DNA of 63,942 bases, the filler included, from Phoronis australis (Eukaryota; Animalia; Phoronida), in NCBI GenBank assembly GCA_002633005.1. It is 4 parts of 4 records of this genome, joined end to end, with 100 filler letters (N's around TTAATTAATTAA, not from the genome) between each part and the next. Parts side by side here need not be neighbours in the genome. Positions count along the whole stretch, not along the records: positions 61,653 to 63,942 come from NMRA01003753.1; 3 more parts are not named here. One strand, written 5' to 3'. The notes beneath the pieces are model-generated. The model made no database searches. It was given only the letters and a program-made list of their open reading frames with translations, and was not told the DNA's origin. Shown in pieces: positions 63,909 through 63,942 of this stretch (its first letter is position 1; each line of letters opens with the position of its first letter). The position numbers and the translations under genes were made by a program.

Positions 63909-63942
63909 CTGCAAGAAACAACAACTCTTGGAGGCCAATCCA

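Overview
Fragmented scaffold from an intron-rich animal genome, probably a lophotrochozoan such as a mollusc (inferred from repeat style and protein similarity). Bases 1-13350 are a degenerate 10-bp satellite (CCACTGGCCT); apart from the frames crossing a small LINE-tail insert, the ORFs called there are artefacts of it. Recognisable minus-strand genes are glutaminase (12 exons, 42928-31483, 5' exons missing), the first two coding exons of GPR155/LYCHOS and one FAF2/UBXD8 exon. Less certain coding pieces are an orphan TSP1 exon, a Lys-rich exon and a probable LRR pseudogene. Mobile DNA includes an L1/Tx1-type LINE with an open ORF2, poly(A) and TSD; a decayed CR1/L2-like LINE plus a related 3' tail inside the satellite; Helentron-type HINE elements with internal satellite monomers; Harbinger-like MITEs; and a tRNA-derived SINE head. 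Three 100-bp artificial gap linkers and two single-N joins break the gene models. I found no clear new multi-gene system. The best leads are a minisatellite of duplicated GLS splice donors, a GLS activation loop resembling the constitutively active K320A mutant, a polar gradient of satellite variants, a conserved LINE 3' stem-loop and an Asp/Tyr-rich 22-aa repeat frame. All coordinates and similarities were worked out by eye; no searches were run.
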